From assembly GCA_002344075.1 (NCBI GenBank), contig DDTM01000058.1, positions 21,874 to 85,873 on the forward strand: DNA of 64,000 nt, written 5' to 3'. Positions 1 to 9,908 of the stretch are shown here, piece after piece. Source of the DNA: Bacteroidetes bacterium UBA2364. Its GTDB lineage: Bacteria; Bacteroidota; Rhodothermia; Rhodothermales; UBA2364. The position numbers and the translations under genes were made by a program. Below the pieces are notes generated by a model. It searched no databases. It was not told where the DNA came from and saw nothing but the letters and a program-made list of their open reading frames with translations. The number at the start of each line of letters is the position of its first letter. The first letter of the stretch is position 1.

Positions 1-821
1 ACTAAATATGAATAGGGACGGCGAATTGTGGATACCAAAAAATAATTACCGTCGGGGGATGTCGAAATGTTGTCATAAATGGCTGCCGGGCCAAAATTTT
101 GTGTTATGCCGCCCCATGAAACCATCACGGGTTGTGAGGTGAAATAATGGTCAAAGAGGGCTTCGTCGTGTTCGTTTCGAAGTAAGTCCTGAAAAGTGCG
201 AGCTGGGGCAGCACGTCCTAAATTTTCCTGTATAACGGGGCCTTTGGGGGCTAGGTCGGCGATTGGGGCTGCCTTCCGATCTGTTGGGATGGTAAAACAG
301 AGCAATCTGATATTATCTTGCCAAGAACAGGCATTGTTTAAGGTCGTGTTCATCTTTCTGGTAGAAAGGCGCAGCGCTTTTCCCGATTTTACTTCGGTGC
401 CCCAGATTTCAATGCGGTCTTTAAACGTGACGGTAAAAGCAACCCGTTTGCTATCTGGCGACCATGCTGGAAAGCCCATTCTACCTTCGGAAGGCACTCC
501 GAGTACCTTCACTTCTTTTTGATCCGAAAGGCTCCGAAATGACATCGCTGTAATAAACCCTCCTCGACTGGCGCCATTGGTCGCTGGTTTAATCCGGAGC
601 CCGGCCAATCGGAGTTCCGGTTCTGCCAACTCTGCAATGGGCGGCATGTCCGATGTTTCCAAAATTGCCATAGCGGTATAATCGGGACTAAGCGAGACGG
701 AGGGTGTGTTGGGCGCATCAGCAACGGCCTTTAGGTCTGGTGGAGGAAGTTGGTAGGCGTTTTGGGCAAATAAGGGCACGCCCAAGGCTACCAATACCAA
801 GAGTATAAATGATTTTTTCAT
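1..821 (-). CDS. S9-family (prolyl-oligopeptidase type, TolB-like beta-propeller) peptidase, N-terminal part; the gene runs off the left edge
   Basis: Absent from the ORF track because it has no stop inside the window. A reverse-strand ATG at 821-819 is followed by an open frame to position 1. Hand translation begins MKKSFILLVLVALGVPLFAQ (signal peptide) and contains propeller-type motifs FPAWSPDSKRVAFTV and STSPDGNYFLVS. Track ORFs 196..522(+) and 509..724(-) are shadow frames of it. Confidence 0.5.
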   Translation of the reverse strand, partial: MKKSFILLVLVALGVPLFAQNAYQLPPPDLKAVADAPNTPSVSLSPDYTAMAILETSDMPPIAELAEPELRLAGLRIKPATNGASRGGFITAMSFRSLSDQKEVKVLGVPSEGRMGFPAWSPDSKRVAFTVTFKDRIEIWGTEVKSGKALRLSTRKMNTTLNNACSWQDNIRLLCFTIPTDRKAAPIADLAPKGPVIQENLGRAAPARTFQDLLRNEHDEALFDHYFTSQPVMVSWGGITQNFGPAAIYDNISTSPDGNYFLVSTIRRPYSYL

Positions 822-942
822 AGGACTTTGGATAAATGGTAATAACAGTGAATATCTATCAGGATTGTACTTCCAAAGTTACATCAAAAAATGCGTTTGG
901 TTTATTCTGAATGTATATTTAGTGAAACAACCGAATAAACAT

Positions 943-2283
943 ATGAAGTCTTTTCGCTTTCCGAATCCATTGGTAGTGCTCACTATTTGCATTTTATTGG
1001 CCTCGTTCCTCACCTATTTGGTTCCAGCAGGCCAATTCGATCGAAGAGAAGACCCATTAACAGGCCGCAATGTGGTAGTAGCTGGAACCTATAAAGGGGT
1101 GGAATCGGCGCCTGTTAGTGTATGGGAAGCCCTAATGGCCATTCCACGTGGGCTACAATCGGCAGGTTCGGTCATTTTTTTGGTATTTCTTTCGGGTGCG
1201 GCATTTGCAGTGGTGGATAAGGCAGGCTCGTTTCGATGGGCTGCCGAGGCCCTAATGCGCAAATTATCCCATAATACCGTGCTTGTGATTCCCGTGATCA
1301 CGCTACTGTTTGCTCTGGGGGGCATGGTGATTAACATGCAGGAAGAAATCATTCCATTGGTTCCTGTCATGCTTTTGCTAATGCGTCGGCTTGGTTATCC
1401 GCCTGTCATTGCAGTGGCCGTGAGCATTGGCGCAGCCGCCATTGGTGCTGCATTTAGTCCATTCAACCCGTTTCAGGTGATTATTGCACAAAAATTGGCA
1501 CAAGTTCCATTGCTATCAGGCATGGGATTTAGGTTGGCCATAGGAGGGATGGCACTCTCTTTCTGGACTTGGTGGGTGATGCGATATGCACAGAAGAGGG
1601 TAGCTACTCCCGAAGACGTAATCCATGAGCACATAGCAGGCGATATATGGCGTCATATACTCATTCTGTCGCTGGTTATTGCCACACTGGTGGGGTATGT
1701 GGTGGGGATTACGGTGTATAGTTGGGAGTTTGAACAACTTACGGTACTGTATTTTCTGTTAGGAATTGCAGCGGCGATTATTGCCCGTCTTACAATGGAT
1801 GAAGCGGTAAAAAGTTTTATCTGGGGTTTAGAAAGTATGGCCTTTGCAGGGATGATTATTGGATTTGCTAAAGCTATTTTTGTGGTGCTGGATCAGGGAC
1901 AGATTATTGATACCATTGTGAATGGGATATTTGTACCAATCGCCCATTTGCCCGTTACCCTTTCTGCAATGGCCATGATGGGCATTCAAAGTCTGTTACA
2001 CTTTGCGGTCCCAAGTGTATCGGGGCAAGCGGTTCTAACCATGCCCGTGTTGGTTCCCCTCTCGGATTTGCTTGGCCTTTCACGTAATATTACCGTTTTG
2101 GCATACCAATATGGTGCGGGACTGGCGGAACTCTTGGTTCCAACGAACGGAGCCTTAATGGCCATTCTGGCTGCTTCCGGTGTGCGATATGAAGAATGGA
2201 CACAGTTTTTATGGCCTGCATTGGGCGGATTGGCAGGGATTGGATTACTGGGCATAGGACTAGGGATCGCTTTTGGAATCTGA
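943..2283 (+). CDS. YfcC/DcuC-type membrane carrier
   Basis: Track ORF 865..2283. I moved the start to ATG 943 (MKSFRFPNPLVVLTICILLASFLTYLVPAGQFDR), the typical YfcC-family N-terminus. The remainder is polytopic and hydrophobic. Confidence 0.7.
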   Translation: MKSFRFPNPLVVLTICILLASFLTYLVPAGQFDRREDPLTGRNVVVAGTYKGVESAPVSVWEALMAIPRGLQSAGSVIFLVFLSGAAFAVVDKAGSFRWAAEALMRKLSHNTVLVIPVITLLFALGGMVINMQEEIIPLVPVMLLLMRRLGYPPVIAVAVSIGAAAIGAAFSPFNPFQVIIAQKLAQVPLLSGMGFRLAIGGMALSFWTWWVMRYAQKRVATPEDVIHEHIAGDIWRHILILSLVIATLVGYVVGITVYSWEFEQLTVLYFLLGIAAAIIARLTMDEAVKSFIWGLESMAFAGMIIGFAKAIFVVLDQGQIIDTIVNGIFVPIAHLPVTLSAMAMMGIQSLLHFAVPSVSGQAVLTMPVLVPLSDLLGLSRNITVLAYQYGAGLAELLVPTNGALMAILAASGVRYEEWTQFLWPALGGLAGIGLLGIGLGIAFGI

Positions 2284-2322
2284 TGGATTGATTTTTTTAC
2301 CCTCTTATCGGCCTCGTAGTTT

Positions 2323-3003
2323 ATGAATACTACACAAACCTTTTCTAAATTTGTAGAAATCTTTAAAAAACAGCTATTTGCTATATTGATAAGTGCATTG
2401 GTCTTACTGATCATAATTGGGTTAGTGCGCTTTGGTGAATGGTATTATTACCTTGGTTTGGCAGGAAGTTTTAAACAAAGTTTAATGGCACGCACGTCGC
2501 TGGGTCCAGATCTGGCGGAGGCGTTGGCCTGGTTATATGCTGCTGCCTTCTCGTATTTTGTGATGGGTATTATTTTATCGAAACGAGACTTCCGGCGGGG
2601 AATTGCTCTTTGGCTGGCCTCTTTTGCTATTTTACCTGTTATGGCGGCCCTATTTCCGAAGCCACTCCCCCAATGCTTGGCTCTCAATCCTGCAACCGGA
2701 AAAATGACCCAGACAGACTGTCATCCGAGTGGGGTGCATCCCGAATGGCATACTCCGGAATTCCCCGAAGATAAAATCCTCGTTAAAGTACAAGCCGATC
2801 TTCAAACAGTTTTTTTTACGACAGACAACCAACCCATGCTGGCATACGTTGAGGAAGAAAATGGAGAACTCACTTTTTATAACAAGCCAGGGATGACGCC
2901 GGATGGAAAAATAGCGGTTTGGGTGTCCAAGAGTGTGGTTACAGCATGGATAGCCCACCAAAAGCGTGCTCTTGAGCCTGTTTCACGTAAACGTAGGCGC
3001 TGA
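2323..3003 (+). CDS. Hypothetical membrane protein
   Basis: 226-aa ORF. The N-terminal half has 3-4 hydrophobic helices (LFAILISALVLLIIIGLV, WLYAAAFSYFVMGIIL, IALWLASFAILPVMAAL). The C-terminal half is soluble. I recognise no family. Confidence 0.45.
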   Translation: MNTTQTFSKFVEIFKKQLFAILISALVLLIIIGLVRFGEWYYYLGLAGSFKQSLMARTSLGPDLAEALAWLYAAAFSYFVMGIILSKRDFRRGIALWLASFAILPVMAALFPKPLPQCLALNPATGKMTQTDCHPSGVHPEWHTPEFPEDKILVKVQADLQTVFFTTDNQPMLAYVEEENGELTFYNKPGMTPDGKIAVWVSKSVVTAWIAHQKRALEPVSRKRRR

Positions 3004-3021
3004 TACATGTGTAGAGCAGGA

Positions 3022-3858
3022 TTATAGTTCAGCGACCAAGCCACGCATCAGGGTGGCCAATTTAGGCTCTGCAATTTCGGCTGCCTCTACAATTTCTTTC
3101 ATAGAGACGGGTTGCAGGGCATCGGGAAGGCATTCATCCGTAATGACAGAAACCGCCAAAAGCCGTAACCCCATATGTGTTGCTACAATCACTTCTGGGA
3201 CGGTGCTCATTCCGATGGCATCTCCCCCAATTTGACGCAGAAAACGATATTCGGCCTTGGTCTCTAAATTCGGCCCGGACACCACAGCATAGACCCCTTG
3301 GTGTATTTGGATATGATGTTTTAAGGCCAGTTCAAGGGCCTTAAAACGCAGTTCGGGTGTATATGGCTCACTCATATCCGGAAAACGCGGTCCCCATTCT
3401 GCCATATTAGGCCCAACCAACGGGTTCGAAAACATAAGATTAATGTGGTCATGGATCAGCATTAAGTCTCCACGCTTATAAAGTGGATTTAGGCCACCCG
3501 CTGCATTAGAAATCAATACATTGCGGATGCCCATTTGAGCCATGACACGCACCGGAAAGGTAATTTCTTGTGGCGAATATCCTTCATATACATGGAAACG
3601 TCCTTGTAAAGCCATAATTGGTCGTCCAGCCAATTTTCCAAGATGTAGTTTTCCAGTATGACTTTCCACGGTCGAAACCGGAAAATGCGGAATTTCGGCA
3701 TAGTCTAAAATCTGGGCCTCGGTGATTTCATCGGCCAATGCTCCCAAGCCTGTTCCTATGATCAGGGCAGTATCAATTGGAACGGAAATACGGTTAAGGA
3801 GGAACGTGGCTGTTTCACTGACTTTTTCTCGGTATCTGTTTATGTGTTGAAGGTGCAT
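3022..3858 (-). CDS. Purine nucleoside phosphorylase (trimeric PNP family)
   Basis: Motifs ALIIGTGLG, FPVSTVESHTGKL, GRFHVYEGY, NAAGGLN and GMSTVPEV. I moved the start from 3915 to the ATG at 3858 (MHLQHINRYREKV), which gives a typical length of about 278 aa. Confidence 0.85.
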   Translation of the reverse strand: MHLQHINRYREKVSETATFLLNRISVPIDTALIIGTGLGALADEITEAQILDYAEIPHFPVSTVESHTGKLHLGKLAGRPIMALQGRFHVYEGYSPQEITFPVRVMAQMGIRNVLISNAAGGLNPLYKRGDLMLIHDHINLMFSNPLVGPNMAEWGPRFPDMSEPYTPELRFKALELALKHHIQIHQGVYAVVSGPNLETKAEYRFLRQIGGDAIGMSTVPEVIVATHMGLRLLAVSVITDECLPDALQPVSMKEIVEAAEIAEPKLATLMRGLVAEL

Positions 3859-3924
3859 GCCTGTTTCCAAAAGAAACGCGCAAAAGTAAAAAACTTGCGC
3901 GTTTGGTGTAACCATAAGGAATAC

Positions 3925-5409
3925 TTATTGCAATTCATCTAAGATCCGTTGGATTTTTTCGGCCTCGGTCAATGAAGCGGTCAGAAGTTCATGTGGGATT
4001 CCTGCTGGATGGACCTGAATAAACTCAGGATGAAGATTCGCTGTTATGGAAGGTAAAGGAGCTGATGCCACTTCGGGTTGAGGCTGAAGTCTGGGTATTG
4101 TCGGAGCCATCGGATGCGGGTCGGCTCCATACTCTATCCGAACTACTGGTACAGCGTCCTGCATGGGGGGGGTACGGGAGAAACTCATCAACTCGGAAAC
4201 GGATGCTTTTACACGCACTTCGGGTTGGGATTTCGTCTCAATAGCTTCCTGAACCTGCTCTGGCTCCGAACGGGCCTCCCAAACCTCTGCTACCATTTGT
4301 TGTTGTCCAGACTCAAGGGTAATGACTTCATGAGTCGGCGTGACCTCTTCAGGAGTTGACGGAAATTCTGGAGCTTCTGCCAACATGGTAGAAGACAAGT
4401 TCTCCTGCGGTGAAGTCCAATTTGGGGCTTCACCGGTTGGCTCCCGTGTTATAATGGGTGAAAGATCGGGGGGGGCCTCCAAAGAAGCGGGGAGTGGCGG
4501 GGGCGCGGGTGTAGGAGAAAGAAGTGCATCAAAATCAAAAACAGCCTCCTCTTCCGGCTCAGGCATTGGTTCCAATAATCTCCGGAGCTCTTCGTCAAGT
4601 GCTTTCTGGCGGTTTTCGAGAGCAGCAAGAATTTCTTCCTGCGAGTCGTTATGAGTGGGTGGCGTATGATCTTTGTGGCCCATTTCGGAAGGACTCGTTT
4701 CTTCAAACACAATGGCCTTTAATTCTGGTGCGGAATCGGGGGTGGAGATCGGTAAAGCTATGGGTAAACTGGGGATGGCGAGGACTGTAGGCACATTAGG
4801 GCCATACTCAGATAGGTCTGTGTTCAATAGTCCAGACGATTCATCCGACTGGGATGGCTGTATAGGTGGTGGTGGCGGGGCATTCAATAGCCCGTCGTTG
4901 CTGGTTAGAAAATTAAAGTAGTCTTGCTCAATGCGTCCGATCAATTCTGTTTCTGCCTGAAGAAAACCTTTGAGGCGAAGTGTTAGCTCATTGCGCCGTT
5001 CGTTTAATTGTGCAACTTCTTGGCGTGCTTTTGCTTTAAGGACTTCGGCTTCGTGTACGATTTTTTGTGCCTGTAAACTGGCCTCTTCGATGGTGCGTGC
5101 GCTGCGTGACTCTGCATCTCGAATGATCAATGCTGCTTTTTGCTCGGCGTTCTGCTGGGTTTTACGGGCATTCTCCCGAGCGGTCTCTAAGGCTTCCTGA
5201 AGGGCTTCTTCAACTTTTTGATAGTGTTCCAAGTCCCCCTTCAAGCGCTGAATCTGCTCGTAGGCCCCCCGAAGTTTTTCGTTATAAATATCCACCTCTT
5301 TGGCGAGGGTCTCTAAATATTCATGAATCTCGCGTGGAGGATACGCGCCAAAGGCCAACATACGCTTGGAGAACTCCTGACGGCGGATGTCAATTGAAGA
5401 AAGTGCCAT
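3925..5409 (-). CDS. DivIVA-domain protein with a long Pro/Glu/Ser-rich C-terminal extension
   Basis: The N-terminus MALSSIDIRRQEFSKRMLAFGAYPPREIHEYLETLAKEV is the DivIVA lipid-binding/coiled-coil signature. It is followed by about 130 aa of coiled coil and about 320 aa of low-complexity proline-rich sequence. Confidence 0.75.
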   Translation of the reverse strand: MALSSIDIRRQEFSKRMLAFGAYPPREIHEYLETLAKEVDIYNEKLRGAYEQIQRLKGDLEHYQKVEEALQEALETARENARKTQQNAEQKAALIIRDAESRSARTIEEASLQAQKIVHEAEVLKAKARQEVAQLNERRNELTLRLKGFLQAETELIGRIEQDYFNFLTSNDGLLNAPPPPPIQPSQSDESSGLLNTDLSEYGPNVPTVLAIPSLPIALPISTPDSAPELKAIVFEETSPSEMGHKDHTPPTHNDSQEEILAALENRQKALDEELRRLLEPMPEPEEEAVFDFDALLSPTPAPPPLPASLEAPPDLSPIITREPTGEAPNWTSPQENLSSTMLAEAPEFPSTPEEVTPTHEVITLESGQQQMVAEVWEARSEPEQVQEAIETKSQPEVRVKASVSELMSFSRTPPMQDAVPVVRIEYGADPHPMAPTIPRLQPQPEVASAPLPSITANLHPEFIQVHPAGIPHELLTASLTEAEKIQRILDELQ

Positions 5410-5447
5410 AGGTGTATGATATAGAAAACCTTAAAAGGAATTTTGGT

Positions 5448-6182
5448 TTAGTGTGAATAATTTCGTGTACCAAAAAGGGCACTCCCCACGCGGATATGGG
5501 TTGCTCCTTCCTGAATGGCCACTTCAAAATCGTCGCTCATCCCCATCGAAAGTTTGGCATCGGTTGGTAATATATTTTGCTGTATGGCTTCATCCCGTAG
5601 GGTTCGTAACAGACGAAACTCCGGACGGACAAACTCTGGATCCTCTGTCGGATGTGCTATACCCATCAATCCAACGATCCGAAGATGATCAAATGCGGCA
5701 CAATGGAATAAAAAGTCAGGCAATGCTTTTGGAGCTAATCCCGATTTACTGTCTTCGTGCGATATATTTACCTGTACCAAACAGGGCAGGGTACGGTTTT
5801 GGGCGGAACAAAGACGGTTTAGTGTCTCGGCAAGGCGAAGGTCATCCAATGCGTGAAAAAAATCGGCATAACGAACCACTTCTTTGGCTTTGTTGCGCTG
5901 AAGCGATCCGATAAAGTGCCACTCTATATTTCCTCCATTTGTTATTCCGGGAATTTTAGCCGCCTTTTCACGTAATTCTTGGGCTTTATTTTCGCCAAAC
6001 ACTGTTATCCCTGCGGATATAGCCTCCTGAACCAAGGCGACTGGGTGGGTTTTTGAAACACCAATCAGGGTTACCTCAGCAGGATTTCGGCCAGCCTCCC
6101 GACACGCTGCCTCAATCTGTAATTTAAGCGCTTGAAGTCGTGAATTCAAAGACGAAACTTCGCTATGATAGATGGTTTCCAC
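5448..6182 (-). CDS. yggS: YggS-family pyridoxal-phosphate homeostasis protein
   Basis: Alanine-racemase N-terminal fold with VTLIGVSKTHP (PLP lysine), WHFIGSLQRNK and SMGMSDDFEVAIQEGATHIRVGSALFG. Confidence 0.85.
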   Translation of the reverse strand: METIYHSEVSSLNSRLQALKLQIEAACREAGRNPAEVTLIGVSKTHPVALVQEAISAGITVFGENKAQELREKAAKIPGITNGGNIEWHFIGSLQRNKAKEVVRYADFFHALDDLRLAETLNRLCSAQNRTLPCLVQVNISHEDSKSGLAPKALPDFLFHCAAFDHLRIVGLMGIAHPTEDPEFVRPEFRLLRTLRDEAIQQNILPTDAKLSMGMSDDFEVAIQEGATHIRVGSALFGTRNYSH

Positions 6183-6284
6183 AGATTATTTTCAGGTTTG
6201 CGTCAAAATTACAAAATTGTTGAACGTTTTACACCCTACACATGTTTATTCCCAATATATTAGCCACAATATAGCCAAAAAAAG

Positions 6285-6764
6285 ATGCTCTTAAACAATT
6301 GGTCAATAGGCGTGATTCCAGATTGCACCTGCACCCCACTTCGTAAATTTAATGATCCACGTGGATGGCTCGCCGAAATTTTTCGGGAGGATGAACTGCA
6401 TGATGCTTTATGGCCAGCAATGGCCTATCTTTCCCTTACCGAACCAGGTGTTGCACGTGGTCCTCATGCGCATGAGGATCAAACAGATCTTTTCGTCTTT
6501 TTTGATGGATTTTTCGAGGTGCATCTTTGGGATAACCGTTCGGATGCGGCCTCGTTTGGCATACATCAAGTTTTGTTGTTGGGCGAGACACATCCGGCTA
6601 CTCTCTTGGTTCCGCCGGGAGTGGTGCATGGTTATCGGAATGTTTCTGAAAAAGCCGCACTAATTCTCAATTGCCCAAACCGCCTGTATGCGGGGAAAAA
6701 TAAACAGGAGCCAGTGGACGAAATCCGGCATGAAGACGACCCCAATACTCCTTTTATCATTTAA
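6285..6764 (+). CDS. Cupin protein related to dTDP-4-dehydrorhamnose 3,5-epimerase (short RmlC-like family)
   Basis: FNDPRGWLAEIFRED, GVARGPHAH and LLVPPGVVHGYRN resemble the RmlC-like cupin core. At 159 aa it is shorter than bona fide RmlC. Confidence 0.55.
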   Translation: MLLNNWSIGVIPDCTCTPLRKFNDPRGWLAEIFREDELHDALWPAMAYLSLTEPGVARGPHAHEDQTDLFVFFDGFFEVHLWDNRSDAASFGIHQVLLLGETHPATLLVPPGVVHGYRNVSEKAALILNCPNRLYAGKNKQEPVDEIRHEDDPNTPFII

Positions 6765-6767
6765 GTC

Positions 6768-7454
6768 ATGCGAAAACTTTTGTTTTTTGATATTGATGGA
6801 ACCATCATGCTGACACATGGGGCCGGAAGAAGAGTGGTAGAAGAGGCGTTATCGGAAGCCTTTGGAAAGCCAATCGTCACAAAAGGCATTCCTTTTGGCG
6901 GTAAAACGGATCCCCAGATTTTGACAGAGGTGCTGGCGTTGCACGGCATTGATCCTTCAGAAGAAAATGTGTCTATAGCAGGTGAAAGGTATATGGAAGG
7001 ATTGAAGGTTGTGATGCCAATGGCTTCTTGTGAGGTATTGCCCGGTATTCCGGAATTGCTCGCCGCCTTAGACGAACGCAATGATGTGGAATTGGCCCTC
7101 CTGACCGGAAATTTTGAACCAATGGCATATCTGAAGTTGCAAAAAGCCGGAGTGGAACATTATTTCCATTATGGGGCATTTGGTAGTGACCACGCAGACC
7201 GCAATGCACTACCGGAAATTGGTATCCAACGGGCAGAGGCCCTTACGGGCAGTTCATTTGAAACCCAGCACATACACATTATCGGAGATACGCCTAAAGA
7301 CATAGAATGTGCACGCCGTGCCGGATGGGGCGTGGTTGCTGTTGCCACCGGAAACTATTCCAGCGATGAATTGGCAGCTCATCACCCCGATTTATTGTTG
7401 GAGAACCTGAGAGACCAATCGCCTTTTTGGCGATATTTAGACAATGTGGCATGA
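6768..7454 (+). CDS. HAD-superfamily hydrolase (phosphoglycolate-phosphatase-like)
   Basis: HAD motif I FFDIDGTIM, motif II LLTGN and motif IV IIGDTPKDIECARRAG. Confidence 0.75.
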   Translation: MRKLLFFDIDGTIMLTHGAGRRVVEEALSEAFGKPIVTKGIPFGGKTDPQILTEVLALHGIDPSEENVSIAGERYMEGLKVVMPMASCEVLPGIPELLAALDERNDVELALLTGNFEPMAYLKLQKAGVEHYFHYGAFGSDHADRNALPEIGIQRAEALTGSSFETQHIHIIGDTPKDIECARRAGWGVVAVATGNYSSDELAAHHPDLLLENLRDQSPFWRYLDNVA

Positions 7455-8233
7455 AGCGGGGCTATCTATCGTTGTTGGGATACGAACATACCTACTATTG
7501 GGCTGATTTTTCCGGAAATTCTGATGCTATTGTGGCTTTGCATGGATATGGCAATTCAGGACGATCGTTCCGATATTTGGTACCTTATCTAAGTAAGCAT
7601 GATATCTCGCTGTTTGCACCCGATTTGCTCGGTTTCGGACAGTCTGCTAAGCCTGAAGGTGGGTATAGTTTAGTACAATATGCCCGATTAACGGTGGCTT
7701 TTGTAAATGAGATGGGTTTAAAGAAACCTTGGCTGATGGGTCATTCTTTTGGGGGCATTCTCGCATTAGCGACGGCGACCATGTTTCCGGAAGCTTTCAA
7801 GGGTGTCATTCTGGTGAGTCCCGGCGGGTTCCATCCACTGACACGTTTTCAGGTCTGGGCGGATTGGCGCTGGGTGTATAAGTTGATGCACAGCCAACTT
7901 TTCAAAAAAGTACTTCAGATATCACCATTGGGCGCAGTTTTTGATCAGGAAGCGACCTATCAAACATTGCTCAAAATGTATGGCAGCCATCAGCATTTAG
8001 ACTTAGACAAGACGGGAATTCGTAAACAAATTGCCAACCTGCACTTGCCAATATTGCTGTGCTGGGGAGCCGAGGACAAGATTTTACCCCACTTTGTATG
8101 GAAAAGGGCACAAAAACAAGTATCACAAGCTCGTTTTGTTTTAGTCCCCAATGCCGGGCATGCACTGACGAAAGACCAGCCAAAAGAATTGGTACACCAT
8201 GTATCATCGTTTATTGCCGAAAATAGTTTATAA
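7451..8233 (+). CDS. Alpha/beta-fold hydrolase
   Basis: HGYGNSG, the nucleophile elbow GHSFGG and a late PNAGHAL histidine. I placed the start at ATG 7451, which forms an ATGA overlap with the upstream stop. The track start is 7427. Confidence 0.75.
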   Translation: MKRGYLSLLGYEHTYYWADFSGNSDAIVALHGYGNSGRSFRYLVPYLSKHDISLFAPDLLGFGQSAKPEGGYSLVQYARLTVAFVNEMGLKKPWLMGHSFGGILALATATMFPEAFKGVILVSPGGFHPLTRFQVWADWRWVYKLMHSQLFKKVLQISPLGAVFDQEATYQTLLKMYGSHQHLDLDKTGIRKQIANLHLPILLCWGAEDKILPHFVWKRAQKQVSQARFVLVPNAGHALTKDQPKELVHHVSSFIAENSL

Positions 8234-8284
8234 AATAAGACGTAGGACAGAAAAAACCTTTACCACTCAATATTAGCCCCGTTA

Positions 8285-8317
8285 CCTATCGTATAAGTTG
8301 TTTTCTGATACGATAGG
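8285..8317. promoter_or_regulatory. Perfect 10-bp inverted repeat (CCTATCGTAT-N13-ATACGATAGG) in the gap upstream of xylB-xylA
   Basis: Read directly from the sequence. It lies 51 bp after the upstream stop and 96 bp before the xylB GTG. It could be an operator or a U-tract-less terminator. Confidence 0.3.
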
Positions 8318-8413
8318 TCATACATCTAAAAAAAAGCTTTCTCAGCCCTTGCATTCCAATAGAATTTGTCCTTACTTGCCATCGTTATTTGATATTCTTA
8401 ACCCCAATAACTT

Positions 8414-9904
8414 GTGTATATACTTGGTATAGACCTTGGAACCTCCTCCATAAAAGCCAGTATCGTGGACGCTCACACAGGCTGGGCAGTGGCATCGGCA
8501 GTGGCCCCGAAGCAAGAAATGACCATACAGTCACCAAATCCGGGCTGGGCCGAGCAAAGTCCATCTATTTGGTGGCAGGAAACCATAAAAGCCATTTCTC
8601 TTCTGGATCTTGATTTGCGGAAAAAGGTAGCGGCGGTTGGCATCAGCTATCAAATGCATGGGTTGGTGATGGTCAATAAAAAGGGTGATGTTTTACGTTC
8701 CTCCATTATTTGGTGCGACAGCCGTGCCGCCGAGACTGGACAAACAGCCACGCAGGGCTTAGGAGCGGCGTTTTGTTTTAGGCGATTTTTGAATCAACCC
8801 GGGAATTTTACGGCTGCAAAACTTAAATGGGTACAAGAAAATGAACCTGAAACCTATGCGCAACTTTATAAAATATTATTGCCAGGTGATTATCTTGCCT
8901 ACCAACTTACCGGAGAACTAACCACGACCACTTCAGGTCTTTCAGAAGGCATTTTATGGGACTTCCATAACCATTTTCCAGCATATGCCCTTATGGACTA
9001 TTGGCATCTTGATCCTTCGTTTTTGCCAGAAATTGTTCCGACTTTTGGCAATCAGGGAATCATACGTGCTGAAGTGGCCGAGGTTTTGGGATTACCATGC
9101 CACACCCCAGTGATGTATCGGGCTGGTGATCAGCCTAACAATGCGTTTTCTCTTGGTGTTTTACATCCCGGACAAGTAGCGGCGACCGCAGGGACGTCGG
9201 GCGTGGTGTATGGTATAAGCGAGGAAAATACCTACGACCCACAAGGACGTGTAAATACGTTTGTCCATGTTAACAATGAACATAAGAAGATTCGAAACGG
9301 TGTTCTATTGTGTATTAATGGTACAGGCCGGTTGAATGCTTGGATACGCCAACACCTTACAAACCACCTGTCTTATGCCGAAATGAATGCCATGGCCGCC
9401 TCCGTTCCGGTTGGATCGAAAGGTTTGGTCTGTTTGCCTTTTGGGAATGGAGCTGAGCGTATTTTCCAAAACCGGACAATCGGTGCGGGGTTTTGGGGAT
9501 TAGACCTAAACCGTCATACAACAACCACCCTTTTCCGTGCAGCCCAGGAAGGGATTGTCTTTGCACTCCACTATGGCATGCAAACCTTGCTAGAAATGGG
9601 GCTTTCGGTACAGAATATTCGGACAGGGAACGCTAGCTTATTTCTAAGCCCGCTATTTTGCCACATTTTTGTACAAACCACCAGATCTATTCTTACGGTT
9701 TTAGATACAGATGGTGCTCAGGGAGCGGCACGGGCAGCAGGCGTTGGCTTGGGAGTGTATGCTTCTCCCGACGAAGCCGCAATAGCGGGGCTTCGGATCG
9801 TGCATGAGGTCCACCCAGATCCACGAGAGACTCCCACTTATGCTCTTGCATATGAACAATGGAAGAAAGTCCTTGACCAGCAACTCACCCAATTAAACAC
9901 CTAA
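8414..9904 (+). CDS. xylB: Xylulokinase (FGGY family)
   Basis: GTG start. The N-terminus is [19 protein letters not shown], and [11 protein letters not shown] is a later FGGY motif. It sits immediately upstream of xylA. Confidence 0.85.
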   Translation: MYILGIDLGTSSIKASIVDAHTGWAVASAVAPKQEMTIQSPNPGWAEQSPSIWWQETIKAISLLDLDLRKKVAAVGISYQMHGLVMVNKKGDVLRSSIIWCDSRAAETGQTATQGLGAAFCFRRFLNQPGNFTAAKLKWVQENEPETYAQLYKILLPGDYLAYQLTGELTTTTSGLSEGILWDFHNHFPAYALMDYWHLDPSFLPEIVPTFGNQGIIRAEVAEVLGLPCHTPVMYRAGDQPNNAFSLGVLHPGQVAATAGTSGVVYGISEENTYDPQGRVNTFVHVNNEHKKIRNGVLLCINGTGRLNAWIRQHLTNHLSYAEMNAMAASVPVGSKGLVCLPFGNGAERIFQNRTIGAGFWGLDLNRHTTTTLFRAAQEGIVFALHYGMQTLLEMGLSVQNIRTGNASLFLSPLFCHIFVQTTRSILTVLDTDGAQGAARAAGVGLGVYASPDEAAIAGLRIVHEVHPDPRETPTYALAYEQWKKVLDQQLTQLNT

Positions 9905-9908
9905 ATCT

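Noticed and set aside
196-724. Track ORFs 196..522(+) and 509..724(-) at the left edge.
   Set aside because: Both lie inside a longer edge-truncated reverse-strand frame (1..821). That frame has a signal peptide and peptidase-propeller motifs. These two have no recognisable content.
4078-5411. Plus-strand ORFs (4078..4359, 4340..4654, 4524..4790, 4673..4921, 4970..5200, 5130..5411) opposite DivIVA.
   Set aside because: They are antisense shadows of the Pro/Glu-rich DivIVA tail and coiled coil. They are Gly/Ser/Arg-rich with no domains.
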